Shown here piece after piece: positions 1 to 14,300 of a DNA stretch of 64,000 bases; position 1 is the first letter of the stretch, and the number at the start of each line of letters is the position of its first letter. The notes below the pieces were generated by a model, which saw only the letters and a list, made by a program, of their open reading frames with translations, was not told the DNA's origin and did no database searches. Where the stretch lies: positions 187,867,741 through 187,931,740 of the forward strand of contig CM041465.1 of the NCBI GenBank assembly GCA_023213395.1, in the 5' to 3' direction. Position numbers and translations under genes: made by a program. This DNA is from Cycas panzhihuaensis (lineage: Eukaryota > Plantae > Cycadophyta).

Positions 1-2682
1 ACAAATAGTGTAAGGAGGGTCTTGCCCTAATTCTTAGTCAATATGAGATGCTCTTAGCATGTAGCTATGATTCTAGGTGCATATAATATAATTTTCCTAT
101 AATTCCTACTCCAATAGTAAAAGCCAAATAAAATAAGAGATCCTCCCATACACTAAGAAAGGGAATTTATAGAAATTTTAGTGACATAACACTATAGTTT
201 TTTACGTCTCTCTCCATATAAAAATTAGAGATATTTATAAATATTATGGATTATTTAAGAAGTGGTATTGGGCTTATGCTTTAAATCAAACTATGGGAAA
301 ATTGCCTATGGATGTGATCAAATTAGGAAAAATCATTAAAGATGGAGATATTGAGAAGAAGAAAGCAAATTTCCTTGAGATTTTTTACACTACCCAAGTT
401 AGAAACATAATTAGGTGCATTTATTACGCTTTAAAATATCCATTTTTCCCTTTCTATTCATAGATTATCATCCCATAAAGTTCACTAAAGACAAAATAGA
501 CTATGAGATAGACATATTTCAACATGGGATAGTCTAAAATCAAGGCTAGTTAGGAATAGATTATAATGAGATAGGAGAAAATACATACAAAACTAACTAT
601 TTTGATAATAAAATGCCCAAAACAGTAAGAGAAGTAAGTAATCACTATAGATGGGGGCAAAAACAAGGGCAAGAAGTATCCATAAAGGTACTAGAAATCA
701 TTTTCTATAATTTATTGAGATTAGGTGAATAACACTTTTAGCCCACTAACCATGGTCAAACTTGTCACAAGCTAATATCACATACATCCATTCACCAAAA
801 ATAACAAGAAAATGTTGGTACATACTCATAAAAGAACTAAAACTAAACTAAGTTGAAATGAAAAATAAGAATCACACACCTTTACTTACCTATTGGTGTA
901 AGATGAGTGTGGACTTCCTAGATTATGGGAAATATTTACCTCTTTAACAATATAACCTCTTCAAACATGGATTATAAGATGGTAGATATTGTCAATAATG
1001 CCCTATATAAACTATTTATATGCTTGTGAAAGTGATAGGGAAAGTAATTTATTATTATTTAACCTCTTTAATAGGTGTTCAAAGAATGTTACCCTTAGCT
1101 TACCTCATCGACAAGAACTTCATAGGTGTGTTGAATAGGGTAGAGATTGGGTCTCATGTCTAATCAAACTATGATGAGCTTGATAGCCATGATAAAACCT
1201 AGATGAACACAAATGTTTCACCATATTTTATCTTCTTTAGTAACTACTTTTTAGAGTAATCTTGGGCACATAAGTAGTTACCTTAATGGCCAATTAAGTT
1301 AGGCTCAAAAGTGAAGAGTTTTTTAGGCTTAAAATCTAAGGGTTACCATCTTAGTTTAGTCTCTTTAACAAGTGCCCTTTGGAGGAGGAGTTATTTGAGC
1401 TCATCTTAGAGTTGAGTTTGTTACTATAGTTTAAGCTATTTAGTGAGTACCCCTTAAAGGTGGGATTTTTTAGTTCAACTTAGTACCAAAAAAATATTTT
1501 GATTATTTTTTAGATTTCTAATTTTTTAAACATTATTGTACTTTATGAATTTTTTAGGGGGTTTTTTATTTTATTTATAATTTTTTAAATTAAACTTTTG
1601 AAAGTGAATATACTAGGAAAGTAAATAAAATGAAAGTAGTATTGTAAGGGAGAAACTAATTTAAGGATGACACTAGGAGATTTCCCCTTTTAGAAAGTCA
1701 TAATAGAGTTAGCATTTACACATTTACAAGGTAATTTTCACTCATGCTAGAACATCAAGTAGTTTACCCTTATTTTAAAGATTTAGATTCCAATTTAAAC
1801 TTGTAGTAGAGCTTCATATAGTTTACCCTTATTTTAAAGAAGTCATATAGATTGATAAGGAAACTAGCACATAGGTTTAGTTTCATTGATAGACTTAGAA
1901 GCCTTGAGGAGAAATGATCACATGTAGTAAGCATCGCTCAAGAATAAAGCCAATAATTTAATCTATCTCAGTATTTTATTATCATGAAATATGTTAAATT
2001 ATGACAAATGGAAATTGAGATAACAGCAACCTAGCTTGGTTAGCAAGGCCAAGTAGTTGAGGGTAACAAACTTGATAAACTACAGTAAGCTAGCAAATAA
2101 TGAGCTAAGAATTAGAAAGCAACAAAATAGGTCCATTATGAACTTGAAGTATATAAGTGAGTGATTCAGTGATAGTAGTATGCTTTGTGGTATTCTAGGT
2201 TATTACAGGCAAGTAGAATCCAGTGCAAGTCAAGATGTAGCCTACTTGGTCATAAATGGTCTAGGCTACAAAAAAAGGGCTAGGGTTCCCACAACTTCCT
2301 CCATTAATATGAATGATAAATTCCATAGGAAATATAACAATAACTTAGAGATGGCTTAATAAATATGGGGAATAGGAAAAAAATTGATCAACATGGTTAA
2401 GTTTTAAGTTCTGTAGACTTAACTATGATTATTTAAGATAAGTTAAAAATGGATCCCATGAGTGGCTTAGTGTCACTATTGTGACAACTTTCTAAAACTT
2501 ATTATGTTACTCGAAGTGTCAAGTAGGTTTTGATCATGATTGAGACCATGACAAACCCAAATAACTATATCTAAAGGTCCTAAACAATATAGACATTTAG
2601 ACCCAAACTGCATATCGCAGACGAGAATGATGTTGACACACGACTTACATTGGATACCAAGAATATAGAGAGAGGTTTATGC

Positions 2683-2906
<224 letters not shown>

Positions 2907-4048
2907 CAAAATATGAAAAGTCATGGTGATGAACCAACACATGGGGGACCAAATTAACCAATAAATGACAATTGTAATTTAATAAAGTAAGTCTATTCAA
3001 AACCTTAAAAACAAGGTCATGAAGGTTAAGCTATGAGGAGAAATTAGGTAGTTTGTACAAGCTATCTTTTAGCACTTTTCCTTTGGGAAGTGAGCAAATA
3101 AGGGACCTTAAGAAAGGTCATTATAACAAGCTAGACTATCTATTATAATAAGGATTGAGTGCAAATATTATAGGGACATACATCATATAACTAGGCTATA
3201 GGATTGCTACTTAGACTGCAGGTTCCATATTAGTGGAAGAAATTTGTTTATAAGGTAATTGGTTACTCAAGAAAACTTTAAAAGGTTGCAAGTATAGGGA
3301 GCTTATGGAAGGCAAGCATTGACTTTTAACTGCAAATATAGAAATGCATGAGGGGTTGCCTTGGGGCTCTGTTGAGATCAAGTGCATAAAAGGTCTAAGG
3401 GTTGACTAGTAAAAAGGACCTATTTGGCCTATATAAATGAGTTTAGTTCTAAAAAATGAGACTTTAGGCTATAAATATTGATATACTGGGAGAGAGTTAT
3501 CCCTGGGTAGTATGTTAATAAAATCAAGTGTATTAATGGCATATTAGTTGTATTAATTAATAGCCATTTTTTAGTGTTTTGGAACACAATGCATAAAAAC
3601 TTAGTTGTAATAATGGTAGTGTTAAACATGCAAAGTAATAATTTGTAAAATAAATAATCCAATGAGATAGACAAGTCAAAAACTTGACACTCCAAAACCA
3701 AGTTAAGATGATTATAAAAATAGGTTTTCTTATTATTTTTTATTTCATTTTCAAATTCAAGAGCTTAAATTTTTTTTATTTTACCCTTATCCACCCAAAC
3801 CACTCTTGGGTTTACTATAGGCAAACAAAAACTAAAATTCACATGAGATCAAAGGTGTTGGATTTGTGGTAAAGAGATGGCTAGGCAAGCACCAGATTTA
3901 ATAGGCCTAACCCTCCATATTTATTTTTTAGGGTTTTTATTTTATTTATTTATTTATTATAGTTCCTTGAAGATGATATTAACAAATGACAGTTTATACT
4001 CATGATAAAGTTTGATGCTAGTTTATACTCATAAATGAGTGTCATGCC

Positions 4049-7000
4049 TGAAAGAAAACTTAGTTAATTATGAAATGCTTATTGATTATGTGAGAGATGA
4101 TCTCTTTATAAATATAAGGAAGGTTTACTAACTACTTACTACATGTAAGCCACTTATCAATCTTACAATGAAGAGGGAATGCCACATAACCCTCATTAAT
4201 TAACCATACAACTTAATGTTCTATCATAAATAAAATATTATTCTAACATTCTCTCTTAATATTTTATCTATCTTAAACCAAGCTTATTTCTAAAAAAATA
4301 AAATTTATCTTTACTGAGAGTTTTAGTCAAGATATTTGTAACTTGTTTATTTATTGTATAATGCATTAGCTCAATTTCTTTGTTCTGTACTTTTTTTTTT
4401 AGATGAAGTGATGATGCACTTCAATGTATTTAGGTTTGGCATGGTAAATTGGATTCTTTGTTAACTTTATTGTGCTTTGATTATCACAATAAAGAATTAT
4501 TAGACTATCCTATTTTTTATTTAGATCAATTAGCAATTATCTCAACTATACTACTTCATAAGATGTACTTACTGTGGCTTGTATTCTACTTCTATGGATG
4601 ATAAAGTAATAGTTTGTTGCCTTTTACTACTCTAAGACACTATTGCTGATCTAAGAAAAAAATAATATCCAGTAGTTGACTTCTTATTTTCTTTATCTCT
4701 AGCCCAATCCAAATCATTATGTCTAATTAACTTCCCTACATTATTTCTTATATATGTAAGTTCCAAATCTGAGGTGCCTTTTAGATACCTAAGCATTCAT
4801 TTTGCTACCCTCTAGTGTAACATTTTGGATCCTACATATATCTAGAGATTACTCATATTGAATAAGAGATATCAGGTCTAATGGCAGTAAGGTAGATTAG
4901 ACTTCCAATTAGTTGTCTATATAAAGTTGCATTGACTAGAGTTCCTTTTGTATCTAGAGTTAAACTACATCATGTTTCTATTAGTATTTCACAATTGTTG
5001 CTTATCTTGAATTTCCTTAGCAAATTCTTGGTATACCTAGTTTACGATAAGTTGACTAAGTCTTCCTTTTATTTTACTTCTATGCTAAGATAATAACTCA
5101 AAAGTCTTAAGTTTGTCATTTTAAATCCTTTTTCTAACTAATTCTTTATGATTGTGATGGATTCTGTGTCACTATATGTAAGAATCATATCATGTACATA
5201 TACAATAATTATGGTGATTAATCCTTGGCTTATCTTTACATATAAACTAAGATCTAATTCATATCTCTGAAAATGATTCTGTATGAAATATTTGTCTAAT
5301 ATGGTATACGAAGCCCTTGGAACTTGCTTTAGCCCATATAGGGCCTTTTTTAATATACAAATATGATGTTCTTGACCATTCTAAACATACCCCTATGACT
5401 ATTGTATTTAAACTTCTTCTTTCATATCTTTGTTTAAAAAGGCACTCTTTATGTTAAGTTGGTAGATTTTTTAATTTTGCTATGTTGTTAAGGTAATAAC
5501 CATTCTTATCGTATTCAACTTTTCTACTAGAGAGAAGGTTTTGTCATAGTTTATTCGTACAATTTAAGTGTATCCTTTAGCCACTAAATTAGCTTTATAT
5601 TTTTTTATTCTCCTATCAAAGTTTTCATTTACTTTGTACACCCATTTGCAGTTAATAATTAGCTTGTCAGTAGGTGGTTCAACTAATTCCCATGTTTTAT
5701 TTTTAGAAATAATTGCCATTTCTGTATCCATGGCTAATTCCCACTTAATGTGTTGACTTACTTCCTCATATGGCTAGGGTTTAGTTAAACAAAATAGTGC
5801 TTAATACTTCTAAGATATGGTTCTATGATCCAATACATCCCCTTTTTCCTCTTCAATTATGTGAAGATACCATTTAGGTATCTTCTTGGAAGATGTCCTA
5901 ATTTCTTCTTCTTCTTTAGGACTTATTTCTCTAATGGGTGAAGGAGCTCTCTCAGAATGTTCTTCTTCTTCCATTTTTATATCCTCAGATATGATTCCTA
6001 AAACATCCTCAGGTGAAGAGGAAATTATAGAAGATTCTTTTGTAGACACTTTAATTTCCTAATGTGTTTCTTGGCTTGCAACAATATCTTATTCATTGAA
6101 GAAAACACCCTTACTTACATAGACTTTATTTCTTTTAGGGTCTATGCACCTATATACCTTGAAATTCTTACTATAGCTTATCATTATGCATTATATGCTC
6201 TTGTAATCAAGTTTTAACCTTTTCTTATCAGGAATATGAACAAAATCTTAACATTGAAAGATTTTCAAAGTACTTATATCTCGGCCATGCTTCTTTAAGA
6301 GTTTATTTGTTCAAGGCTTGAGTTGGACATCCATTTATTAGATAAACAATTATATTTATAGCTTCTACCTAATATGTTTTTAGGATATGTCTGTCCTAAA
6401 TTAGTCTCTATGCCATTTCCATGATGATTCTATTCATCTATTTCACTATACCATTTAATTAAAGAGTATAGGGAGTTATTATTTATCGATGTATTCCACG
6501 AGTCCTACCAAAAAACTAAAACCCTTTAATGAATATTTGCCTCTAATATTAGACCAAATATATTTAAATTTATTCCCACATTCTAACTCAACTTCAACTT
6601 TAAATTCTTTGAATTTATCAAATATCTTTGAGTTACTATAAAGAAAGTATACCCATACTTTTCTAGAAAATTCATCAATGAATATGAGAAAATAGATTGC
6701 TTTATTGAGTGAGCTTGGGTTAATGGGCCTACAAAGATTAGACTGTACAAATTATAATTTACTTTGTGCATGCCATACACTTCTTTGAAATAGAAGTCTA
6801 TGTTGTTTACCTAATAGATAGCCTTTACAAACAAAGGAATAAAATATCATATTTGGAAGCCCATTAACCATATTAGAATTTTTCAATAATTCTAATCCAT
6901 CAAAAGAGATATACCAATAATTTAAATACCAGAGTTTGTTATTATCAGTATTTGAGACAACAAAGGATTTTACATCATTTTTTTAAGTAATGGGATTAGA

Positions 7001-9122
7001 AAATGGTCTATAAAGATCATTGCCTTCCATGCCTCTGGCTAATATAATTTTGCCTTTTTTCATGTCCAACATATTGCAAAACCCATTTTTGTTAAAGATG
7101 GTCCTTAACTTTTTCTTCCCAAGTTGGGAAATTGAGAGTAGATTTTTCTTTAGTCCTGGGATAAAAAGAACATTGATAATTTTTAGTATTTTTCCTTTCA
7201 ATGTTAAAGGGATAATTATTTTGTAATTCTACTAACTTATTAAGAGAGTATGGCTTCAAAGATTTAAAACATCTAGTTCATCTTATCATATGACTAGATG
7301 CCCCATAGTTAATATACCAAATATCTTCATCTTTGGTGTAGGTGATAAGTCCAACTGTGAAGGCTATCTCTTTTTCTTCTTCTTCTTCTTCTTCTTCAAG
7401 ATTGCTTTATTTTTTGTTGTAGTTCCTTGTGGGTTTTTCCCTCTCTAGATTTTAGCTCACCTTTGAGAATAGTGGTAGGGATAGTGTCCTCCTTGTCCAT
7501 TATACTAGCACACATCAAAAGCTCTATAATTGTTAGAGAATTACCCATGTCTTTTGCAATTAAAATAAACTCTGAAGACTCTTAGTAGAGCTAATCTTCC
7601 TCTACCTCTCCTATCTTGTTATATTCCTTTAAGTTGATCTCTAATATCTGAAGCCCAACTATGACTTTTGAAAGAAGATTAGCCTTATCTTTTGCTACCA
7701 AGACTGAGTTTGGATAAAAAGGCTTCTTTAATCTTTGTGTCTTTCTTATATCTTTTGTTTCTTTATTGTTGCTTAAGTATAAGACCTATTAATGCTTTAA
7801 GATCTTTAAGAGATATTATTACTGTCTGATTATTATTAGTTATGGAATTTACCATATTATCAAATGACTTCGAAAGCTTATTTATAATCATTTGTATAAG
7901 TTCCAACTCTAGAAGATTTACTCTAGCAATAATTAAGTCATCTCTGATTGATATGACTTTATGGATGAATTATGAAACACTCTCTTTCTCCCTCATATAA
8001 AGTTCATATAATTCTTCTTTTAAAGCTACGATTGTAGCTTTAAATTATTACACCTATCTCACATAGACAATTTCAAAATTATTACACCTAAATTGTTCCT
8101 ATAATCCTAGTTGTGTTGGTCAACAACAGTTACACATCTTTTCTCTCTCCATGTAGCTATACCCCAAGTATTTTTTACTCTTAGTAGGCTCTTAATTTTA
8201 ATCTTCCAGACATGGTAATTTATTATAGTTAGCTTATCTTATTCATTTAGGAAAAGAATAGAGGAGGCCATCTTAAAAAAGGAGGAAGATAGAAAATATT
8301 AAAATGTTCTTCAAGTTTGTTATCAAACTACTTATATGGCTATATGAGATTTCGTATAACAGTGCAATTATATGGACTAGAAATGAAGGATATGTGGCTA
8401 GGGTTTATGAAGAAAAATGCTTATAACTTACAAATTTCTTAGTCAAAATCTTCAAGGCTGGTCTTAAATGAAATGCATTAATTAAGGGAAGGATTTATAA
8501 CTAGTATTACCCAAATATCTAGAGTAGAAAAGAAGAAATCTATAGTAGAAGTTCTAAACTTATGCCTATTAAAAATGATGTGAAATTGCCTAAAAAACTA
8601 CTTATCTATTATCAACCCTTTAGGAAAAGTTAAGAGCCTTAACAAGATGAACCTTTTAGTAAATTTTTAATCGATTCTAAGCACCTTGAAAAAATGGGTT
8701 TGTATAATCTATATAATCCAGACAAATGACTACTTTATCCATACTTTGTCTAATCATTACACAAATCTTGTGGGCTTGTTAATTTGATTACTAATAGTCT
8801 CCTTTGGTCTCTTTTAAAGAAAATATTATTAGACTCAACCACCTTCAATTTCTCTAAAAAATTCTAATAAACTCCTCTTTAGAAACTTTGGAAGGCGAGA
8901 AAATTGCCCTACTCTGATACCATGAAAGAAAACTTAGTTAACTATGGAATGCTCATTGATTATGTGAAAGATGATCTCTCTATAAATACAAGGAAGGTTT
9001 AGTAATCACTTACTATATGTAAGCCACTTGTCAATCTTATAATGAAGAAGGAATGCCATCTCACCTTTATTAATTAACTATATAAGTTAAGGTCCTATAA
9101 TAGATAAAACATTATTCTAATA
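4049..9122 (-). mobile_element. Degenerate full-length Ty1/Copia LTR retrotransposon with short LTRs
   Basis: 200-bp LTRs at 4049-4248 and 8923-9122; perfect TSD ATGCC (4044-4048 and 9123-9127); tRNA-iMet PBS (ctctgatacca on + at 8912-8922); PPT next to 4249; gag start MASSIL..NYHVWKIK; protease-region KNLLSISQL (6983-7201); RT/RNase H remnants; many stops. Confidence 0.93.
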
Positions 9123-9374
9123 ATGCCCCCATGGAGGTTACCCAAGGAGGAAGCTTTCTCTTGTGACAGAGTATAGGATGTTATAATATACACCTAAGGT
9201 TGATATACCATGATATACTTTCTTAACATCGTAACACAGATCATCATAGTTTTACATCCTTCATGATCGATTGAAGGTTTTTTTTTTTTCTTTTTTTTTT
9301 GTTTTTTAATAAAGTGTACACAGATTAGGCTTATTTTAAAGCCATAGCTTAGTTTATACATGTAGAAGAGTGTA

Positions 9375-9536
9375 GAATATTTTAAGCTTATTTTGGAGTG
9401 TAGGTAGTTTAAGCTTGTCATGGAGTGTAAGGTAGTTTAAGCTCATTTAGAGCAAAAATAGTTTAAGCTCATTTTAGAGCCAAAGTATTTTAAGCTTATT
9501 TCAAAGCTATGGTAGTTTAAGCTTATTTTGGAGCTT
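9375..9536. repeat. Degenerate 26-28 bp minisatellite (approx. gtagtttaagcttattttggagt), about 6 copies
   Basis: tttaagct core recurs at 9381, 9408, 9436, 9462, 9489 and 9516. Confidence 0.8.
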
Positions 9537-9599
9537 TAACATAATGAATCATATAGATGGTTCACAGGGGAGGGATGAGGCTTTTATCTCTCCTAGAGG

Positions 9600-11290
9600 G
9601 GGACATTATTCTAAATCTATTATGGGGACCAAAGTATGTTTAGTAAATTTTTAAACATCTTGACACAACTTGGAGACCAAAAAATTAGGTGGTTTAGGTT
9701 TTAAAAACTCTAAATATATCATCCAAGTAAGTGGCTACCTATGGGGCTTTCATAGGATAGGTGGATTATGGAATAGGTTAAGGAGAAGGTAGATCTACAT
9801 GTGGTAGTTCAATGATCTCCTCAAAAAATTCAGGGTGATGAGCATAGATAAGTTGGCATGCATACCATATAAGCCATGTTCACTGGAAAAAAGAGACTCT
9901 ATGGTGACAAAATCATCTCATGATTGTGCATAAGGTCCCATTAGGGATCTTGTAAGGGAAAGGGTCTTTGAAAATAACTAAATAGAGGGAGAGTGTCCTT
10001 GGGGGATGCAACCCCTTAGGTACAGGAAATCATGGCCATATGCCATGAAGGAGGCCTTTCTTCTTTTAGATTAGATTCAGGGTCACTAATAACAATTAGG
10101 TATCCATAGCTAACCAAGCCAATTGGAGTGAAATGGACCATGTTAGGTCCTAAAGTAAGAGAGTCTAGATCGAATTGGGGGCTTCAATCCTAGAAAAGAA
10201 ACTTAAGCTATGGATCAAGCTCAGTTCTTTCATCAACCTTATCATCAAAAATTACTCAAATGAACTTTTAGGAGGAACTAGGATGGGAAGCTTCATATGT
10301 AATAATGCACACTTGGCCATTGTAAAGAAACTTGAGTTGGCCCTATAAGGTGGAATAAACTACACCCATATGGTCTAACCAAGGGCATCCTAAGACAAGG
10401 TTATAGTCCACATTGATTTCCATGACCATGATCTTAGTAAGAATAACTTTATCTTCAAGGGTAAGGGGAATGTTGACTTATCCTAAAGCAATATTTTTAT
10501 TTATATCATACCCTTGACATCTCTAAAGGACATGCTTAAGGGGCCCAATACCCATTTCCTTAAGCATTTGGGTAGGCATGGCATTAACTTAGGAACTATT
10601 ATCAATTGCATTCCTTTTTAGGGTAAAGTTAAGCATCTCAATGGTGTTGATAGAGGGGGATTACAAATGGAACTCCCTTTCCTTTTAGGAGGTAAGCCCT
10701 CTAGATAAAAAATAATGAGGGGCTATCCTATGGATTTAATGTAAATAGTGTGGATAGGTACTTGTTTATGACCTAGGGCTTCTACAAGCTAGTTTCTTTC
10801 TTTAGGGTTGCTTCAAAAGACATCCATCATAGATGTACTCGCAGAAAAAGTTTAGAGCTCCTCAATAATCAAGAATACCTTTCCCTTACTTAGAGGTTAG
10901 GGAAGGGATTTCTTTAGGTCATAACAACCTTAGTGGATGAGAACAATCTTTGGAAAGAGGGACATCTCAATGTATTGAGGTTGTTGGGAGGAGGAAACTC
11001 CTTCAACTTCTTTAATAGCCTAAGCTTGGGTGATGGTAAATACTTAAGTGGTCTTAAGCATTTGAATCACTCAGTTATCCTTGGTGTTACAACCTCAAGT
11101 TGCTTTCATGGGCTCTTGGTCTATGGGTTGAGAGGTTTTTTGTTCTTATTAAGAATTCTTCTTAGGTTGGTTTTGAGATAGATTAGGTTATGGTCATCTT
11201 TGAGGTTGAGGTCTTCCTCTTTCTCATTAAGCTCATGACCGAGCCTAAGGATTTTGGATATTATGATCAAGGAAAGGGTCCTTGTAGACT
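9600..11290 (-). mobile_element. Highly degraded Ty3/Gypsy (Tat/Ogre-like) gag-protease fragment
   Basis: Minus strand near 10316-10409 reads DYNLVLGCPWLDHMGVVYSTL*GQLKFLYNG, matching the YNLLLGRPW..MGAVPSTLH..LKF protease-region motif; boundaries approximate. Confidence 0.6.
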
Positions 11291-11314
11291 AATTTGTTGG
11301 GTGAAGGATCTAGT

Positions 11315-14300
11315 TGCCACACTCTACTACACTAAAGCAATAGCACATAATAAGAGCAAAATGAAGAGAATAAGATTGAGAGCAAAAATGAGATTTAAGA
11401 ATTATAACTTTCCCTTTCATATTCAATCTAATATATCAAAGGATGTACATTAGGATTTCCAAAGGAGTTTCCTGCTTAATGACATGATCCCAAAATTACA
11501 CTTAAATGTAAGTGAAATTATATTTAACTATATGACTTAACTAACCTAAAGTCACCTTCATATAATTAATTTAATGACCTTAATGTATTAACATCCATCA
11601 ATGCCCCCCTTAATGGTAAAAGGTCATTATGATTAAATCTATTCTATGAGGTCTTCATTTGAGCCTCATTATTACGTTGACACTTTTGTAGGAAAACCCT
11701 CATGGAGAATAAAAACTTATGAATTTTCTAAGATCTATAGCCCCTTAAATCAAAATGGATAAGGTAGCTCTTAATATAACTTGATAGCCAAGCATCTTAA
11801 ATGTACAGCTTGATCTGTTGAGTCTCCATATATCGTTTAGTCATCCCCCATGCCCTTTCAGGCTTTTAGAGGTTTCAATTTTCTAAGACTAGTACAACCA
11901 TTATCCTTCTGTGCCTATAAAGGGTTTTCACAAATAGGATAGAGCAAAGACTTACTCTTATTCTTTTACACCTACAAGGAGTTTTCACAAATGAAATAGA
12001 GTATGATGATCTTATTGTCATCTCCTCCAATCAGTCAGAGATAGAGGCCTGAAGGCTAAGCTGGCTATAAAACTATTCAAACTTCACCCTTTATAGTAGT
12101 TTGGGGAAGATATCAGCTACTTGATCTACTATGGGATAGTACTCCAATTGAATTATGCCATTATGAACTAGTTCTCAAATCCCATGGACTTTTGTACTTA
12201 TACATTTAGTACGATCATGAAATATAAGATTTTTTGCCATGTGGATTATTGATTTATTATCCATACAAAAGCTAGTAGGACTTGTTTGTGTGATATTCAA
12301 TGTTTCCAATAATTTCCTAAGCTATATCACCTCCTTACTGGTCTCAGAAGTAATAGTGTATTCAACTTTAACAGATGAATCAGTAACTATCTTCTACTAT
12401 CTAGATCTCCATGATATTGGTGTTATTCAAAAATGTTATATTCCTGGACGTGGATCTCCCTGTGTCTTTATTTCTGGCAAAGTCTAAGTCTGTGCATGCA
12501 TATAGTTTAAACTCTCAATTGGGTTCATATAATAGACCATATTTGCTGATCATCTTAAGGTACCTCAACACTCGCATTGCTACCTACCAATGATTCTACT
12601 TAGGATTTATCATATAATAAGCAAGAATTCCAATAGAATGTGTAATATTAGGTCTTGTATTAGTAGTATAGATGAGGCTACCTACAAGTTGCTTATACGG
12701 TATTGAATTTACCTCTCAATCATTACTACCAACTATCAATTTGATAGGGATTCCATTGAAGTGGCTATAATTCGATCATCTTGCAATTAAAACTTTATTA
12801 GAAGATCATTGGTATACTTTTCTTGAGAAAGAAAGATTTTATCAGTTTTCTGAGTAACTTCAATCCCTAAGTAGTATTTCATCAACCTAAGTTCAGACAG
12901 TTCAAACATTTTAGCTAAATCCTTCTTTAGCTAACTAATTGCTTGTTTACTATTCCTTGTTATAAGTATATCATCCATAAAGATTAAGAGATAAGTGACT
13001 TTATCTTTTTGGTATTTGATAAGCAGTGTTGCATTAATATCCTAGTAGTCACAAATCTCATATCCAAGTTACCTCATTCTTTCTGACAACTTGGTGAACC
13101 AAGCACGAGGGGCTTGTTTAAGGCTATACAAGAACTTTTTGAGCCTGCACACCTTATGCTCTAAACTAGTAATCTCAAATCCTTAAGGCTAAGCCATGTA
13201 GATTTCTTCTTTAAGATCACCATTGAGAAATGTGATTTTTACATCGAGCTGATGAATCTTCTTGGCCTGTTAAGCTATGAAGGCTACAAGAGTTCTAATT
13301 ATGGGCCAGTTGGTTATAGGTGCAAAGACTTCAGTGTAGTCGATACCTTCCTTTTGTGTGAATCCATTTACCACCAACCTCACCTTGTGTTGTTCAAGGG
13401 TGCCATCATATCTATGTTTATTTTTGTATACCCATTTGTTTCAAACTACCTTTCTTCTAAGTGGTAGGTCGACGAGCTTACATGTACTATTTTTTATAAG
13501 AGATTGATACTCTTCATTCATAGCATTCCTCTAAGCTATGTGTTTTATAACTTCTTAGTATAAGAGAGGTTTTTCATTGAGAGCAAGATGCAGTTCTACT
13601 ACTTCTAACTCAATGAAAAGTGATCCCTACATCTTGGCTATATAGGCACTTCAAGTGCCAATTTTTCCCACCTCATTAGATCGTATATCCTTATTTAGCT
13701 AGCAGGCTTTATAAGAACCTCAAGTTGGGAATGAGGTCTTCATTTCTCTAACTATATGGTCTTCATTTAGATCCTAAAAAGTGTCATTTTGCATATTTGT
13801 TGAGGAAGATGTTGACCCATCTAGGAAGCATGGTCTATCTACCATTGCTTTGCCTTTGTCAACTCTATTATTCTCGAATGGTAATGCATGATGCGTACTC
13901 ATTGGTTTAGAGTTACAACTACTATCCTCCATGGGTCTATTATCAAATTCCAATAGTTTAAGTAACTCTTGAGTGTCCCCCCCCCCCCCCCCCCCAAATT
14001 TTGGAATCTATACATCATATTGAGTAGCATCATAAAAATGAAAGTTAAGTATTTTGGAGTCTAATTGTAATAATTGATTCTCTATTTTAGTAAATACCAC
14101 ATCTCTAGTGATGATAATCTTCTATTACAAAGGTATAAATACCTTGTACCATTTCTTATTTATAGGGTATCCAATAAAGATGCCTTTAAGTACCTTAAGA
14201 TGGAGTTTGTTTCTATCTCCATCTAGTATATATGCATAACATGTTGAGCCAAATATTTTAAAGTGGTAGGTAGTGGGGGCCTATCTAGTCCATTTTTCAT

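Noticed and set aside
1-1400. Possible degraded Gypsy pol ending in the purine tract ggaggaggag
   Set aside because: Only a faint W..MSVDF-like remnant; too weak to call.
1760-1840. 22-bp direct repeat tagtttacccttattttaaaga
   Set aside because: Real, but an isolated local duplication with no associated structure.
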